Source: Phoronis australis (Eukaryota > Animalia > Phoronida). Taken from it: DNA of 64,000 nt. The notes beneath the pieces are model-generated. The model saw nothing but the letters and a program-made list of their open reading frames with translations. It was not told the origin of the DNA and ran no database searches. The stretch is taken from assembly GCA_002633005.1 (NCBI GenBank), contig NMRA01000142.1, forward strand, positions 124,001 through 188,000. Reading direction: 5' to 3'. The stretch's first letter is position 1. Each line of letters begins with the position of its first letter. A program made the translations under genes and the position numbers. This document shows positions 14,500 through 28,438 of this stretch, one piece after another.

Positions 14500-17400
14500 A
14501 TGACGCACAGGTTATCTCCGGCCACTGTGGAGGCTCTCTACGGAAGCACAAGTTCAGAAGGTCAGCGGGCGCACAGTCGAGCATCTCGCCATCTACAGAC
14601 ACCTATAGACAGTGAAACGACATATTTAATTGAGGAAGGACAGTTAGAGACTCGCACATCTCAAGACGAAGGAGATAAGAAAAGTATTTCATCTCAAGAT
14701 GTATCAGCAACAGAGAATGACTCTAGTAACAGTAGTGAAGAAGAGAAAAAGCCGAAAATGACTCGGCGGCAGCTATGGACGATTATTTGCATGGCCTTTG
14801 CTAACTTCTCTGTATCCGCATGTTTTGGAATATTAGCTCCGTTTTTCCCTCAGGAGGTAACTGCGCTTTTTCTGCTGAAAGTGATTTTAACGATAATAAC
14901 AGTCGTGTGATGTTGCAGGGTCTGAGTTCAAATGCTTGCCGTAAACTGGTTTGCCTTTTCAAGAGAACGGTTTTAGTAATTATTGTTCTTTGTTTTGCAA
15001 AGTAAGACTTCCAGGGAGAGGTTGAAAAATTCAGAGTTTGTTGTTTCATTTTCAGGCTGCAAGAAAAGAAGTGAGTTCTACTGTCATTGGACTCATATTT
15101 GGTGCCTTTGAACTTGTGATATTTTTAACTTCGCCAATATTTGGCTCTCTGGTAAGTTTTCTCACACTTACTTCAGTGCAGTGCAGTGATTTTGTGCGCC
15201 CACATATTTGTATGTTGGTGCATTATGCCGTCATCCCTGTTCATCAGACACCGTGCGTCCGTTGCTTTATCTCCAAAAGACTTCCGTGTATGTTTATGAA
15301 ATTTTGCAGATGTATTCCTTTCATGGATCGGATGACATGAGCTAATTTTTGGACGGATCATACTATCAGCGTGCCCCCTAGTAGCAACTTTGTTTTTTAC
15401 GTTTACTTAACTGTATCTTCGGAGGTCCTTGACTGATTTTCATAAAATTTAGGCGATAGGCGTCCATTAGTGAGATGACACTACCTTACTGTTTTCAGAT
15501 GGATTCGGGGTATTTTGCGCCATTTAGTGGCCATTTTCACTGTTTTTGAGTCTGTTTTTTTGGCGTTTGCCCCTCTATCATCCAAATCACTCAAAGGATG
15601 ATTGTGAAAATTGGCATTTAATTATGTTCCTACTGCGAATAGAACAGCTGGTGATAATTTTTGGACGATTTTGACTATTCTGGTAGGCAGTCTTTTTTGC
15701 GTCCATAGCTATATCTCCTAAACCATCTGCTGGATCTTTTCTTAAATTAGTATGTATTTATATGAAGTTGACAACAGACGACGACATTAATGCACACTGT
15801 GCCCCGTAGTTGCAGTTTCATTCTTTTGTTTCCCGTTGTTTCTTTGAAGTTCCTTGACAGAATTTCTTAGTGGCAGTTCCTTTTGCATCTATGGCAACTG
15901 TATCCTAAACCTTCTGCAGGATGTTTATTAAATTTGGCAAGGGTATTAATTTTATATGTAGTTGACCACGAATGACGATGACATTTAGACGGATCCAACT
16001 ACCGCTGTGTCCCCTACTGGTAATTTTATTTTTTTTCAGTTGTCTTCTGTGTCTTTGTCAATGGATTTTTCTGAAATTTCCCATTTCCGGATGGCTTCAC
16101 TGTACATGTATTCTGTGCCATCTAATGGTCGTTTTTATGATACACCCTTAGAAGCACACCGTTTGCGGTGAAGCTGTGAGTGCATCTGAATGCTCTGTGT
16201 TGTCCTTCTTTCTCCATGTGTCGTTTGTGTTGTGTTTATTTCCTGGTTCAAGCCTCCCCTCATATTTTTGCAAATGTTTCAGTCGCTTAAAAGATGTAAT
16301 TTGATGTGTTTTTTTTTTTTGCTAATTTGACAGAACTAACTTTTTAGGGTTTTTAAAGTGGTGTCATTACGGAACTTTGCCTCTGGAGATGCCTCGTTTC
16401 TGCAGATGCCTCGTTTCTGCAGATGTAGTTTAATAACTTGAATTTTTGCTGGTGTATTTCCTAGTCAATTAAATCCTTTAAGAAAACTTTCTCAATGTGA
16501 TCTAACCAAATGATTAAGAAAACTATAACCTAACGAGACATAGACACATCCCTGGGCATATGGGTAGCCCCGTGTGTCCTGAGTGTGGTACTGACGTTGA
16601 AACCCTTAAACACCTGATAGAGTCCAGCTTTTTATAGGCTGAGGAGTAAGCTCTTGGATGTCACCATAACATGCCTACATTATATATTGTATGACAACAT
16701 AAGGAAAACTCAGTCCATTTTCTTAAAAGGAGCAGACAGACTTGATTGTCTCTTTCATGAATAACCTGTTGATCAATAACAGGGTGTTTTGCACTATGGG
16801 CCCAACTATGAGGCCTGCTCGCATCTGATGCACTGCAAAAGATATCAGACTGCATGCTATATGGTCATGAATACAATATTTCACGGTGACCGCTTATTAT
16901 TCACTCATTTGTGCAATAATAGATAACCATTGCCATTATAAATATTCATGGAATATTGGAAGTATAATTAGAAGATTCTTAATTGCTCCTTACGTTTGTT
17001 TATTACTGAACCCCTAGTAACTATCAGGGATAATACAGTCTAATTTAACTGTTGATTATTTAGATACTTCTTTCCATCCTCTGCCATTTGCTAGACCTTG
17101 GGGGTTTTAATAAGAGTTATTTCAGAAGTGCGTGATTCTGGATAGTGTGCTAATATTTTCCTTGGTAGAAAAAAATCACTGCAAAAATGTGATCATGGTC
17201 AATATGCATAACATTGTGGCAGCTAATGAGTCAGAAAAATTTTTAATACAATTTACACGAGCAAATGTTTTACCAAGACCTGCTGTTTACTTGTAAACGT
17301 GACATGTTTTCGTGTTCTCTTTTCAGCTCACGAAAATTGGTGCGAAATTTATGTTTGTGTCTGGCTTGTTTATCGGGTCGGGCTGCGTCACCTTATTTGG

Positions 17401-20400
17401 GTATGTAATGTTGGAAGAGATAGTTAGGACAAAATACTGGTGATTAACCTCCTTTGAATCAAATTTGGGTAGCATTCATGGTGCACAGAATAAGAATAAT
17501 TTGAAATTTTCATTCTATGGACCTGAACTCTTAATTTGAATTGAATGTGTAATTCTATTGAGCCTTTGGTTCACTGTTGTATTTGGCATCCTGTCATGTC
17601 ATCTATACTTATATGTGTGTGAGCAGAGATTAGAGCTCGCTAACTTGAATCTTAGATATGCCTGTACTGTCAAACCCAATTGGAAATCTTTTCTTGCAGT
17701 TTTCTTGACATGACACCAGATGGCACTGTGTACATAGTCATGTGTTTTGTGTGTCGGTCACTAGAGGCCTGTGGATGTTCCATGTTTGTAACAGCAAGTT
17801 TCGCCATCGTTGCCTATGAATTTCCAGGCCAAGTAGCTACATATATTGTGAGTATCAAAGAATCTTCGGTGGATCAATTGGTCATCCAGTGTCTAGTTGC
17901 AAAATAGGTACAGACAGGTCACCACCCAAACACCAGTAGGAACACAATCAGCAGTTTCCCTGGTAAATAACTTCTGCTATGAGCATTTTAAGATCTGGCA
18001 TACAAAAGGAGAAGGTGACACAACTTATCAACAAGAGCTTCAGAGAATGGACTTCCTGTGGCGTGGTGACATTTTGTGACATAACTCGCTCCCCTAAATT
18101 TGTGACCTTTTGAAAATTCTGTTACAAAATGTGAGAAATTTGTTGACTAAAGCCAGTAAGTTGTTAGCGTTTTGTTGGGTTTAGAGTTTATGAATTGATG
18201 ATGCATCAAGTGGTGGTTCTTTTTTCATAAATTGCAAATTACGTGGCATGCAGACCAGACTTAATATTGCTTCTCACGTATGTCAATAAGTCAAAGTTGG
18301 TATGACTTATACACGCAAAAACTCCAAAAAAGTATGTGACAATTGAGACTTCCCTGTTACATTTTGAAAATTTTGAGATGTGACAAACTGTGGCTTTCCA
18401 TTAAACGTGAATCCATTCTCTGGAGTTCAGAAATTGGGAATTGGGGATACTCCTTATGTATGGAAGCTTTTTGAGCTTATTGAGCACAGGTAGTGGTGGT
18501 GCTTTTGATAAGATACATAGGCTACTGAAAGCAATTCCCATTGAAATGTGTCTTCACTCGTAGGCAGGACGATGGTGGTTTTAGTCAGTTGTAAGCTAAG
18601 CTCAGCATGATTCACGGTGTATTTTCAGGGTTTCCTAGAAACGTTCAGTGGCATCGGAATGATGATCAGTCCAGCACTTGGTGGCGTTTTGTACGACGTA
18701 AGTAAGATACTCGATATCGAAGACTTGTATTCTTGGACTATGGTCACTAACAAATTGAGCGATGTTTTACAAATTTGTGTGGGATTTCACATTGCACTAC
18801 CCGATGTTATACGAGATCTCACCACTAGCTTTTACCTGCTTACACTAACCTCCAGTGAACGTGTCCTCAGAAATTTATATTCAGTGAAATTTTTCTGTTT
18901 AATACAGTAATGTGCCTTGTATCACACGGCATGTAAGTGTGACAAAATAATGCATGTGGCTCCTCATAGCTCGCTTTAATGTTGCATCGGTCGCTGATTC
19001 AGAGTGGGGTCTAGTGCCTGGTTGCATGAAACAGTCCCAAATAGGGAATTGACATTTCTCTTATGCTGGTTTGGTTTCATCACTAATTTAATTTTAGACT
19101 TTGACGTAAATCGAGAGTGAACTACATGTGGAATTCTCATTGTAGTTGAAAAAAAGTGAGGATTTTTCTTGCATTTTCCCTGAATCGAGTCCTAATTCTT
19201 TTCCACTGAATTAATGGCTCACTTTCTAGTAACAGAAAATGCCACTAGAGGAGCTCATAATATGACATGCTAGAAAAAGATTACATCTGTAAGTATAGGA
19301 AGATGCAAATACGCAAAAGATATAAGGAACTTACTAGTTGAGTCCCTATTTGGACTGTTTCATGCAACTGAGCACGGGGTTCTGAACCTTTCTGCTCGAT
19401 CATTCACATTATGGATTACACTCAAGCATCCAAAATCCTTGATCCACAGCTGCATCTTTTGGGCTACTGTTAAAAATCGTTAAGGTGTTGAAGCCATTTT
19501 AATAGTCCATTTTAACTTTTCCTTCTTTATGACGGTTTATGCTATGGATGGAATGAAGTTCGTTGAATTCCATGTGACCTAATATCGTTCAGTGCGACTT
19601 AAAGATAAATGTCATTGGTGTCACATGCTGATCTTTTGTCATTCACAGGCTGGAGGGTTCAAACTTCCGTTCATCGTCATGGGTGGCCTGATGTTTCTGA
19701 CCACTGGTCTTACCTTGTTTTTTCTCCCCGCTGACAGTGGTAAGTTGAACGCTTTTTGGCGGTCAATAAATCCATTTGTGTTGTCAACAGTACGTTTCTC
19801 TCAATTTCTTAAGAATGTAAATTCATTGTCATTAAACAGGATTGGCCATTTTGCTATTGCACCAGGAGATGGAAAAATTAAACCGACACCTTCTTTTGAG
19901 AAAAAAATAGTTCAGACTTTTTACTGTAAGTATCAACTGACCTCAGCTTATTCATTACTCAGACTATGAGTGATTTCTGGGCTGCTAGTTTGTTGGTGCT
20001 TTAGGCTGTACTCTGGACAAAAAATGTCCCACTGGCTCCAGCCAACTTATTGAGGCTGGTCTCAAGGAATGAGCCATCACATCTAAATTCCTATCCCAAA
20101 ACTCACTTCAACTCTGAGAAAGGGACAATTTGAGGCCAATTTTACAGTGGTAAGTGTTTTCTATCGGAAGTTAGTTTGTAACAGCTAAATATTTGAAATG
20201 TGCATTAAAAGAATCAGCTGCTTATTTTAGGAAGTTGTTGTTCTGTCATGAAAAGTGACTTACGACTGACTTAAGTCACGGATTTCGTCTGATGCTCCAC
20301 GTAACTGCTGTAAAATAATTAAATCACACTTGAGCAAAAATGCAAAGTCATTGAAAACTCACTTTTTTGGTTAAATCGGATAAAAAGGATAGTTTGAATA

Positions 20401-23400
20401 TTTAACTAGAAATTAGGGAGAAAGAATATTTTAAAGACTAGGTACGCTCAACTGACTTCACTGATTTTACCGGATCAAAAGGCTAAAAGGTTTCTGATTG
20501 GTTCTCAGTGACGAATTTTGGCTTACAAACCAATCAGATGTCTTAGCAGCCTAGTCAGTCAAGTGGGGCCATTGTAATGTTTGTATTTGTGTATAGCAGT
20601 GTTGTGCAGTGAAGTGTAGGGTTTATTTACTATAATGACAAGGACGTTGTTCAATAATACCAACAACTCACAGTCTGTCCCCAGCCTGAATTTGACTTAT
20701 CTGTTATTATTGAATGAGTCATTATAACAATTAACAGATGGTTTATACACACACTTAATGTATTTAACTGGGTTTAAGATAGCTTAACCTGTTTTGACCT
20801 AGTGCCAATTGTCAACATTCTCAAGCAAAAGAATCGGAGATCACTACCTGTCCTCCAAAGTCTCCATTATTTTTTAAGTTCATCTAGTTAACAAAATATA
20901 ACGTGGTTATTTCAGGAGACGGAGTGCCATTCAGTGGGTCCATGCTTAAGATGATTCGCATTCCATCCATCTTTATCATCTGCGCAGTAGTAGTAGCCAG
21001 TTCAGTGGCCCTAGGCTTCCTCGATCCCACGCTGGCTGACCATATTGACGACGTGAATGGGGTATGGCCTCCTGATATCTCCGGAGTTTTGTAAATTATC
21101 TTGTATTTAGTATCAGAGTCTGTGCACTAATGATTGAGGTGAAGGCAAAGCTACAACATTTTGAAGCACGTAAGAAAGCATAAATTAAAAAGAAAATTAT
21201 AATTGGTTTATGATTGTCAATAGATTCAATAGAATTAATAATCTAATATATGACTTTTCTTGAAACAGATACACTACCAAAAGACTGATTATGATAGAAA
21301 AGGTTGATGAGGTTTGCCAAAATTTGGACTGGTCAAAAAATCTCCCAAAAGTGGTCATAACATAGATCTAGAGGATATGAATTAATTATTGTTGTGAGTT
21401 TAATCTACATAGTACTTTACATATTCTTATTTGAAATTAGAATCGTAAACTTTCTAATTTCTTTTGTCCACATCACCTTTGTCACAAGCTGTAACATGGT
21501 GTGTTCTCACGTTCGACTAATTTCCATCATACCATATTTTAAAATACACTGTATTGAAGACATGGATGTTGATTTTTATAGTCTTTTCTTATTGTAATTT
21601 CAGAAACCACTGAGTTCTTCTCTGAAGGGAGTAATATTCCTCATCGCCCCTGGAATTTATGGATTCACTGCTCCTATACTGGGTGCTATTAACGACAAGT
21701 TTGTGAGTACACTAACCCTAGTGTTAATGTTACCATGGACACTGTAGACTGGCTAGTCATTAGTTATTCAAAGGTAACGCCCTTAAAATGCTACTTGCAT
21801 GCTATTTGTGATTTCATTTAATGCATGACACTCTATCATAAATAACCCAAAGGTTTATGTACATCTACTGTTGTTATGACGACGATTCCCTAAATTTAGC
21901 CTCCAAATTTTCCATCACTAGCCAAATGTAAACACAAATGAGACCGTGTTGAGTAAGAACCTTTTGGATAAGTATGCACAGTTTGTGAAAGAAATATCTG
22001 TGCCATTGTACTTGAAGGTGAAGACCTCATGCCTGGTCAACAGATTCACGGTAATGCATGTAGACTATGTTATCTTGACTCGACCACCACTCACTGACTC
22101 CATCGATATCTTCTTGCGACTGAATAGGAAATCTCGTGATAAATTTCTAGTGCAATTCAAAATTTCATATATCTTAATGAATTGCTATTTAAATAAATAG
22201 AGCATTCAGAAATTTTTTTACACCATAACTTTGTCTACGTTTTGTGACATCAAATTAACTTAGATAAGCATGCAAGTACAAATAAGTTAGACCCATCCCT
22301 TGTACTGGATTCTACTGTTCCCAGTTAGATATACCTCTCAATATCTTAGAATTTTAATTAACTTGTTATAGTTCAGGAACAATTCGCAGTTATCGCCATG
22401 TTCATGAGTGCGCAAAACGCAATACGTTGGAGATGGAAGAGGTTGGCATGTGCCATTAGTCTAGAGTTCTAACATTATTAAAATGAATGGGAGTATCGTC
22501 TCAAGAGCAATTGATTAATATCTTCATGATGTCAGTGCACAGACAAAACCAGTACTGAAGTTGAAAGCATATTGCCAATGAACAAATTTTGCATTTTACA
22601 CAATCATTTTTGGGGAGGAGGGCATTGGGGAAAATGTGTGTTTTGTGCACTTGAGGAAATGGCAGTACATGTGAACGGTCCCTAGCTTCTGTTCTGTCTT
22701 TGTTCCTGGTTTTCACGTTACCAGTGGTAATTGCGTAACTGTCCTCTTTGCTGTTTCCAAATTACTTCATCGGCTCTTGGTGTTTCAGGGTTTCACTAAA
22801 ACAATGATGGTTTTAGGTCTGACATTGATGTTCCTGGCTCAGTTCTTCATGGGTCCGTCTCCGTTACTTCATTTAGACAAGTAAGGACAAGTGTTTGATT
22901 GCTTTCTTATTCAAGTGTTGTTACAATGAACAATTGTTCATACTGGGTGTCTCTGAAAGAGCCATTTTCATGTTGTGATTTTGTACCCAAAAGCCCCAAG
23001 GGAAAATTGTGTGTTGCAAACCACAGTGCCACCTAGGGTTCGCTTGTCAGCATTTAAGGTATTAAAATAGAAGTGAACCTTTGTTGACAAGTGATCATTA
23101 ATGAACCTTTTAAGGATCAAAAATTGAGAAATTCTGGTGGATTTTTTGTCCATATTTTCCATATGTGTGCCCCATGCTACCCAAGCATGTAAAACGATCT
23201 TGAAAGAGCCACCAGGTGTCGTCTTTGCTGTCACTGGTAGTACAACAAAAATGCAGTGCTTAATTTTCTGTGGTCATTTACACAAGCTTAAAGCATCTGA
23301 ATGTTGCTTAGTCTTCAAATTAACTTAAAAAAAACTTTAAGCTCAACAAAAGCTATATGCTTTAATGAGACGTGTCAAACATGAATAATTTTGTAGCTAG

Positions 23401-26124
23401 TAGGACACATGTAGGTTTTGTGCAAAAATTTTCTTGTCTGAAGAATCTACGACAATCTCAATGAAGGAAGGTGTGATTTTGGAATAAATCGGACATTGTA
23501 AGTATGCACGGGATACTTTTCTATAATTATCAAGGATTTGAACTGTAACCCTTCGTAGCGATCGCTCTTTTCATTGTTCATTTACTGATGGCTGTACTCT
23601 TAATTGTAGGTCGCTATGGTTACTCATTGTATCTCTTATTCCCCTCGGTTTTGGTGTTGGGTTAGCCCTCTTGCCGACATTCCAAGAATGTATCAATAGA
23701 GCAATGTAAGTATTTGCTAGTTAAAAGGGGCATTTTGACCCTGTTTAGTATTCAATGTTGAATTCTGAACGGAAGCACCTTGGGATTTAAAACTTTGCCA
23801 GCCTTATCCGATATTAAACTGTTGCTAAATGAGCCGTCAACTCAAGTCTCAGGTAAAGTGTACTGCGCCTTGTTTAAATTCCTAATGTTAGAATTGGCTA
23901 ACCCCAATAATCTCTGAAAGCTTTTCTCGAGTCGCTGATGGTTTCGATGTTCTTGTTTGTAATGGAAGTCAAGTCGTATCATGGCATGGATTGTTATGAG
24001 ACTGATTGTATGAGGTAACAGTATTATCAAGAGCTGGAATTTATAGTCATGTGGTGCTTGCATGTCTTTGAAGTTTGCTGTGCAATAGTCTTTTTTTAAG
24101 GAATATATGCTTATCAAGGTCTTTTGAAAACATTGCAGACCATTTCTTGTTCTAAATGATCATGTCAGGGTGAATACATGGTCACAATACGTAAAGTTTG
24201 CGCTTTGTCATGTACAAGAACCGCTAGCGTTAAATCACAGCCATTATCACCCAACTACCCTCATTATCACAATTTTCGCATTAGAATGACCTCAGTAATA
24301 ACTGTCGGCTTAGAAGCACGGTAGATAATTGACTTGTGTATCAGAAAGTTATCTTGTGGACCAAGGTTCCCACGCATTCTAGTTAGTAGCATTGTCTCAC
24401 TTGCTACGCTGTGAATTCTAAGTCTCGCCATTCAGAACTGAGCTTAATTGAGTTAAAAGGCAACGTTTTGCCAGCTTGTGCTGGCTTTTTCAAGTCCTTG
24501 CGACCTCTGGTGGCTCCAGTCGGAGTTGAGAAAATTGGCGGGAAATTTTAGTCAGCATCCTGTACCAGGTGTGTGATAAGTTGTATCCACCAGAGGTATC
24601 ACAGGCTTGGAAATATCAGCAGACGCTGGGGAAACGTTGCTCTTTCATCTCGAGTGAGTTCTGCTCATAATTTTCTCGCACTGAAAGAATCATAACATAC
24701 ATTGATTTTCCAAGTTTCTATTGTCATGCCAAAGAAAACTCATTTTCATGCAATAAATAATTCAAATGTTTAATAAACAACTAGCTTTGTTTCGACTGCC
24801 TAACCACTTAACGATAGTCTGATAATGACCATCTGTCTGTGTTCTTCTGACGGACTCGTAAATTTTGTTTTAGGGTGAATGGATTTGAGGATTGTCTGGA
24901 TACTTATGGCCTTGTCTCTGGTTTATTCAATAGCTCTTTCTCACTAGGGTAAGTTTCCTAATCACAGCTTAATTCGGAGTCGTTCGCATTTCTATTTTGT
25001 TATATCTGCTCTTCAGTGGTACAGCGTGTGTCAACTTAACGGGAATTCTTGGCGTTTAGCCGATGAGTTCAAGGACAATTCGCCATCATAGTGGCCGGAA
25101 TGACGTATTGTAACATGTTGTGACAGGTCATCACTCGTCATGCCAGTGAAATGGAATTTTTTTGAATAATTTTTGTTAGCTGCTATTTTTTAGCCTCTTA
25201 AACAGGATGGAATGCCGCTTTAAAATGATCAATTTGTGAAATTTTTTCGCTTTTTTGTCTGCTCCTTGAAACATGCTTGTCCTGTATGTAATGACAGTTT
25301 GTCGTTTCAGGGCGTTCATTGGTCCCACATTGGGAGGTTACTTAAACCAACAGGTCAAATATCCATGGGCCAGTACTTATTTGTCTTTCATTCTGGGAGG
25401 AATGGTAAGTGTTCTTTGATGTGGTGAACTGAAAACTAGCTTTACCTTAATTGGATTTGGTTTGGTGTGTAAAATGTTCAGATACTGTCAGTGGTAAATC
25501 AGAATTTTAACCACATTTCTATTGTCTATTCTGAGCAGTAGCAAATTATTTTGAGATGTTGAAATCCCAAATCCATGCCAACGTTTTAGCATGTGTCTGT
25601 GGTGATCAACTTTTCGGCAAATGGTAGGCTTGATCTTTTGTTCATTTTGGGCATGTACCATATGTTGCAGTTTCAAGAGATACCAAAAACTGAAACTGGG
25701 CAAAGTTGTAGACGAGAAGCGCTGGATGTTTTTATGATGTTACTTTACGTTGTTTGGTCATTGTTATAAGTAATTAGAAAAATGCCAGTGGTGCATAAAT
25801 ACAAAACTTTCAAAATTTTGTAGTAATAACCGGTTTTCTCCACTGAAAAAACAAGCATCAAACTGGTTCTCAAAATGAGGCCACGTTATATCCAACTAGT
25901 ATTTCTTGTGTTTCTAAGCAAATTGCAATGTTCTAACATTTTCATTTCAGGCAATCATTTTACTCGTGTTCTACATAGTTTTCCCCAAAGTGGCGAACGA
26001 CAGTCCCAAACTACTTGCAGAGTCCTCTACAGAGGAAAGGCAGAGTTTACTCAACGGACATGTTTCCAAGCCAACGACACCCGTCCCTAATGGGACACTG
26101 TCTCCCGATGTGACCAATTGCTAG
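14500..26124 (+). CDS. SLC18B1: SLC18B1-like MFS transporter (vesicular polyamine transporter family), paralog a, 536 aa; exons 14500-14856, 15056-15151, 17327-17400, 17700-17847, 18629-18697, 19649-19739, 20916-21061, 21604-21702, 22789-22880, 23610-23705, 24874-24948, 25311-25404, 25951-26124
   Basis: 13 GT-AG exons sum to 1611 nt with an open frame. Motifs ILAPFFPQEA, IGAKFMFVSGLF, GFLETFSGIG, GGFKLPF, GFLDPTL, GPSP, TYGLVSGLFNS, GAFIGPTLGG and C-terminal EERQSLL resemble SLC18B1. An acceptor (tttccag) 2 nt before the ATG implies an upstream non-coding exon. Confidence 0.93.
15190..16140. repeat. Diverged array of ~150-bp modules, resembling tandem-core non-autonomous Helitron/Helentron-like elements
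   Basis: The motif TATCTC/TATCTT...GATTTT(C)ATGAAATTTGG recurs near 15268, 15414, 15576, 15712, 15840, 15901 and 16051. Family assignment is inference. Confidence 0.45.
19014..19375. mobile_element. MITE with ~39-bp imperfect TIRs
   Basis: GTGCCTGGTTGCATGAAACAGTCCCAAATAGGGAATTGAC vs reverse complement GTGCTCAGTTGCATGAAACAGTCCAAATAGGGACTCAAC. No clear TSD. Confidence 0.7.
24435..24662. mobile_element. Fold-back (palindromic) MITE-like element
   Basis: ~75-bp imperfect inverted arms: GGCAACGTTTTGCCAGC..ACCTCTGGTGG and CCACCAGAGGT..GCTGGGGAAACGTTGC. Confidence 0.6.
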
Positions 26125-26190
26125 TACAGAGTGTAGAGCTGTCTAGGTTTTATGGCATTGTTATAGTGTTATTAATTACATTAATTACAC

Positions 26191-26688
26191 TATTGCTTGG
26201 AATTTTCCGCGGAAACGTGGATTTCCGCTTTTTTCAAATGTTCTGTCTGCGCATTTCCGCTTAAAAAAAAATCGGATTTGATATAAAATTTCCTCGGCAA
26301 ATTCCTTTCTTACCGTGGCGTTGCCGACGACGTTCACCTCGAAAAGCGGAAGTTGCTCTTTATGTTTCGGAGGAACGTAAATTGTCAACATTGCCGGGGC
26401 ATCTGGGATAGCGTGGTGGGATTTTCAATGGCGTCTCGTGTGATTGTAAACCGTAGTGACAAATACTACGGCTCTGCACCCAAAAATGTGTGGGGGCGGG
26501 AGTGGAGGAGTGGATGGACGAGATAAAAAGACGCAGACGCATGCTACTGATGGTGCTAACGTTTTTTTTTAGTCCTACCGATTTTTGTCGGCGAAAGGTT
26601 CACATCAACTATTTCAAGGCTGGGTAGCGCGCATGTTTTGGGCTGTAAAAGTTTCCGCATTTTTTGTCATTGGTCATTCCAAGCCCTG
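26191..26688 (+). mobile_element. CAGGGCTTGGAAT-ended family, copy 3 (internally deleted), ~70 bp after the SLC18B1-a stop codon
   Basis: Left end GCTTGGAATTTTCCGCGGAAACGTGGATTTCCGC matches the reverse complement of 62761-62798. Right end is GTCATTGGTCATTCCAAGCCCTG. Flanks TTACAC / TTACTT. Confidence 0.75.
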
Positions 26689-28438
26689 TTACTTTCCAAG
26701 GAGCGAAAATGTCTTACCTGTTGGAGTGCTTTCAACTCACTAAACAGTCTAATATAAGAGCAACATCAAGGTTAAACGTGTTTGAATTTTGAGAAGTCAC
26801 ACACATGAGAGACAAACTACCTCAGAGGACCTCGACATGTCACCGGCGACACATTGTGTGAAGAGACACCTGAGATCATGAACTGACTGTGTCTGATGTC
26901 TACAGCTTGTTCAGTATTATAGTTCTACTGAGGTGACGAAAAACAAATAATTGGTGTAATGCTCTTTTGATCTCATTACGAGTTTTACACACTTATGTAT
27001 TTATACAGCACATGTCAAAAATATTCAGACAAAATGACCGGAAATTCCACGTCATGATGGCTGAGTGTAGGCGGAATTCCCGTCACGACGGCTGAGCACA
27101 AGTGGAATCCCCCGTCATGACTGAGTAATTTATCATCAGAGTAGCTAGAATGACCCGTTTTAACGAGGAGGGAAACAATATTTTGCCTCAATACTTTTGA
27201 TGTGTACTGTAAACCAACTTGGAAAAGTCTGGATTTAAGACACGCTGTTCTTAACTGCATAACCATAAGGCTGTCTGTGTTGTGTATGATTTCTATAAAG
27301 CAAGGCCCTGTGAGCCAATTCTGAGATTAAAACGTGAACTTAAAAGTCACTGCTTACTAGTCAAGTGTGCGCTAACTCGCCACGTACAGACATCGTGTCA
27401 AACACGATGTTGCTGCGTTGTGAATTTATTGATGATTTGCCTGAGCAACCTTAAGCCTGGTGTGTATACAGTAATGCTGATATCTGTTAAGTTTAACGAG
27501 ATCATGGTTGCAGTGCAACTGTTGGTCTTTGGTTAAGAACTCGGCATAATTTTGTTTTAAAGTGACTGCTAAACAGGGCGAAATTCACCTGTAAGTTTTT
27601 GTTGATTTATCAAAATTTTATTATGTTTGATTTAAAAAGTGGAAGACTTTAGTGTAAATTTTTTATTAGTCAAGCGAGCCTTAGTGTTGTGATTCATAAA
27701 ATAGCAAAATGTGTGAATCATACGTCAACTTTGTAGAATGTAGCGTTTAGTTTTTGGCATTTTGTTTTCATAAAATTCTTTTAAGTGTTATATGTGTATG
27801 GGATTTCTTTGGGCATTTCACAAGGCACGAAATTGTGTTGCATTTTGCTAGTTTTATGAGGTTCTACAGTTTTAATTTATCATTGGATGTCTTTTGAATT
27901 TTCATATTTTGTTTTTGGTCTTTGACAAGTGCAAAACAAAGTGGGGGTCACCGAATTAGTGTTCCAACAGAACTGCCTAATTAGAAGCACCTCTGGCAAA
28001 TTTACAAAAGTTACTGAAAATCCACCTCTGGCTGAATCAATAATTGATATCCTTGTGAATATGGATGAATTTCATTGCATAATGTCAGTTTTTTGTTTGA
28101 ACGGCTTATAATGTGTCAATTTACAGAGCTGATGTAAGGGTATTTTCTGGATGTTGAGCTCCTCAAATTTTAGTATTTTGGTTTTTACACAAATGCTATG
28201 AAGTAGGTTTGTTTTTTTATGTACTGCTTTGATGCCCATTTTGTTCTCTGTGAAATAAGAGAAAAAATTATGGGGTCATCGACAGTATCACTTAAGAATG
28301 CCCAAATTTAACCTTACCCCAAAACCTTTCAGTAGATGGTCATTATGTTACCGTAAACTTGCGGGTTAACGCCCATATCCGGGTAATTGCCCATGCCTGG
28401 GTAATCGCAGTAGAAAATATTTTAGTGTTTTCTAAATT

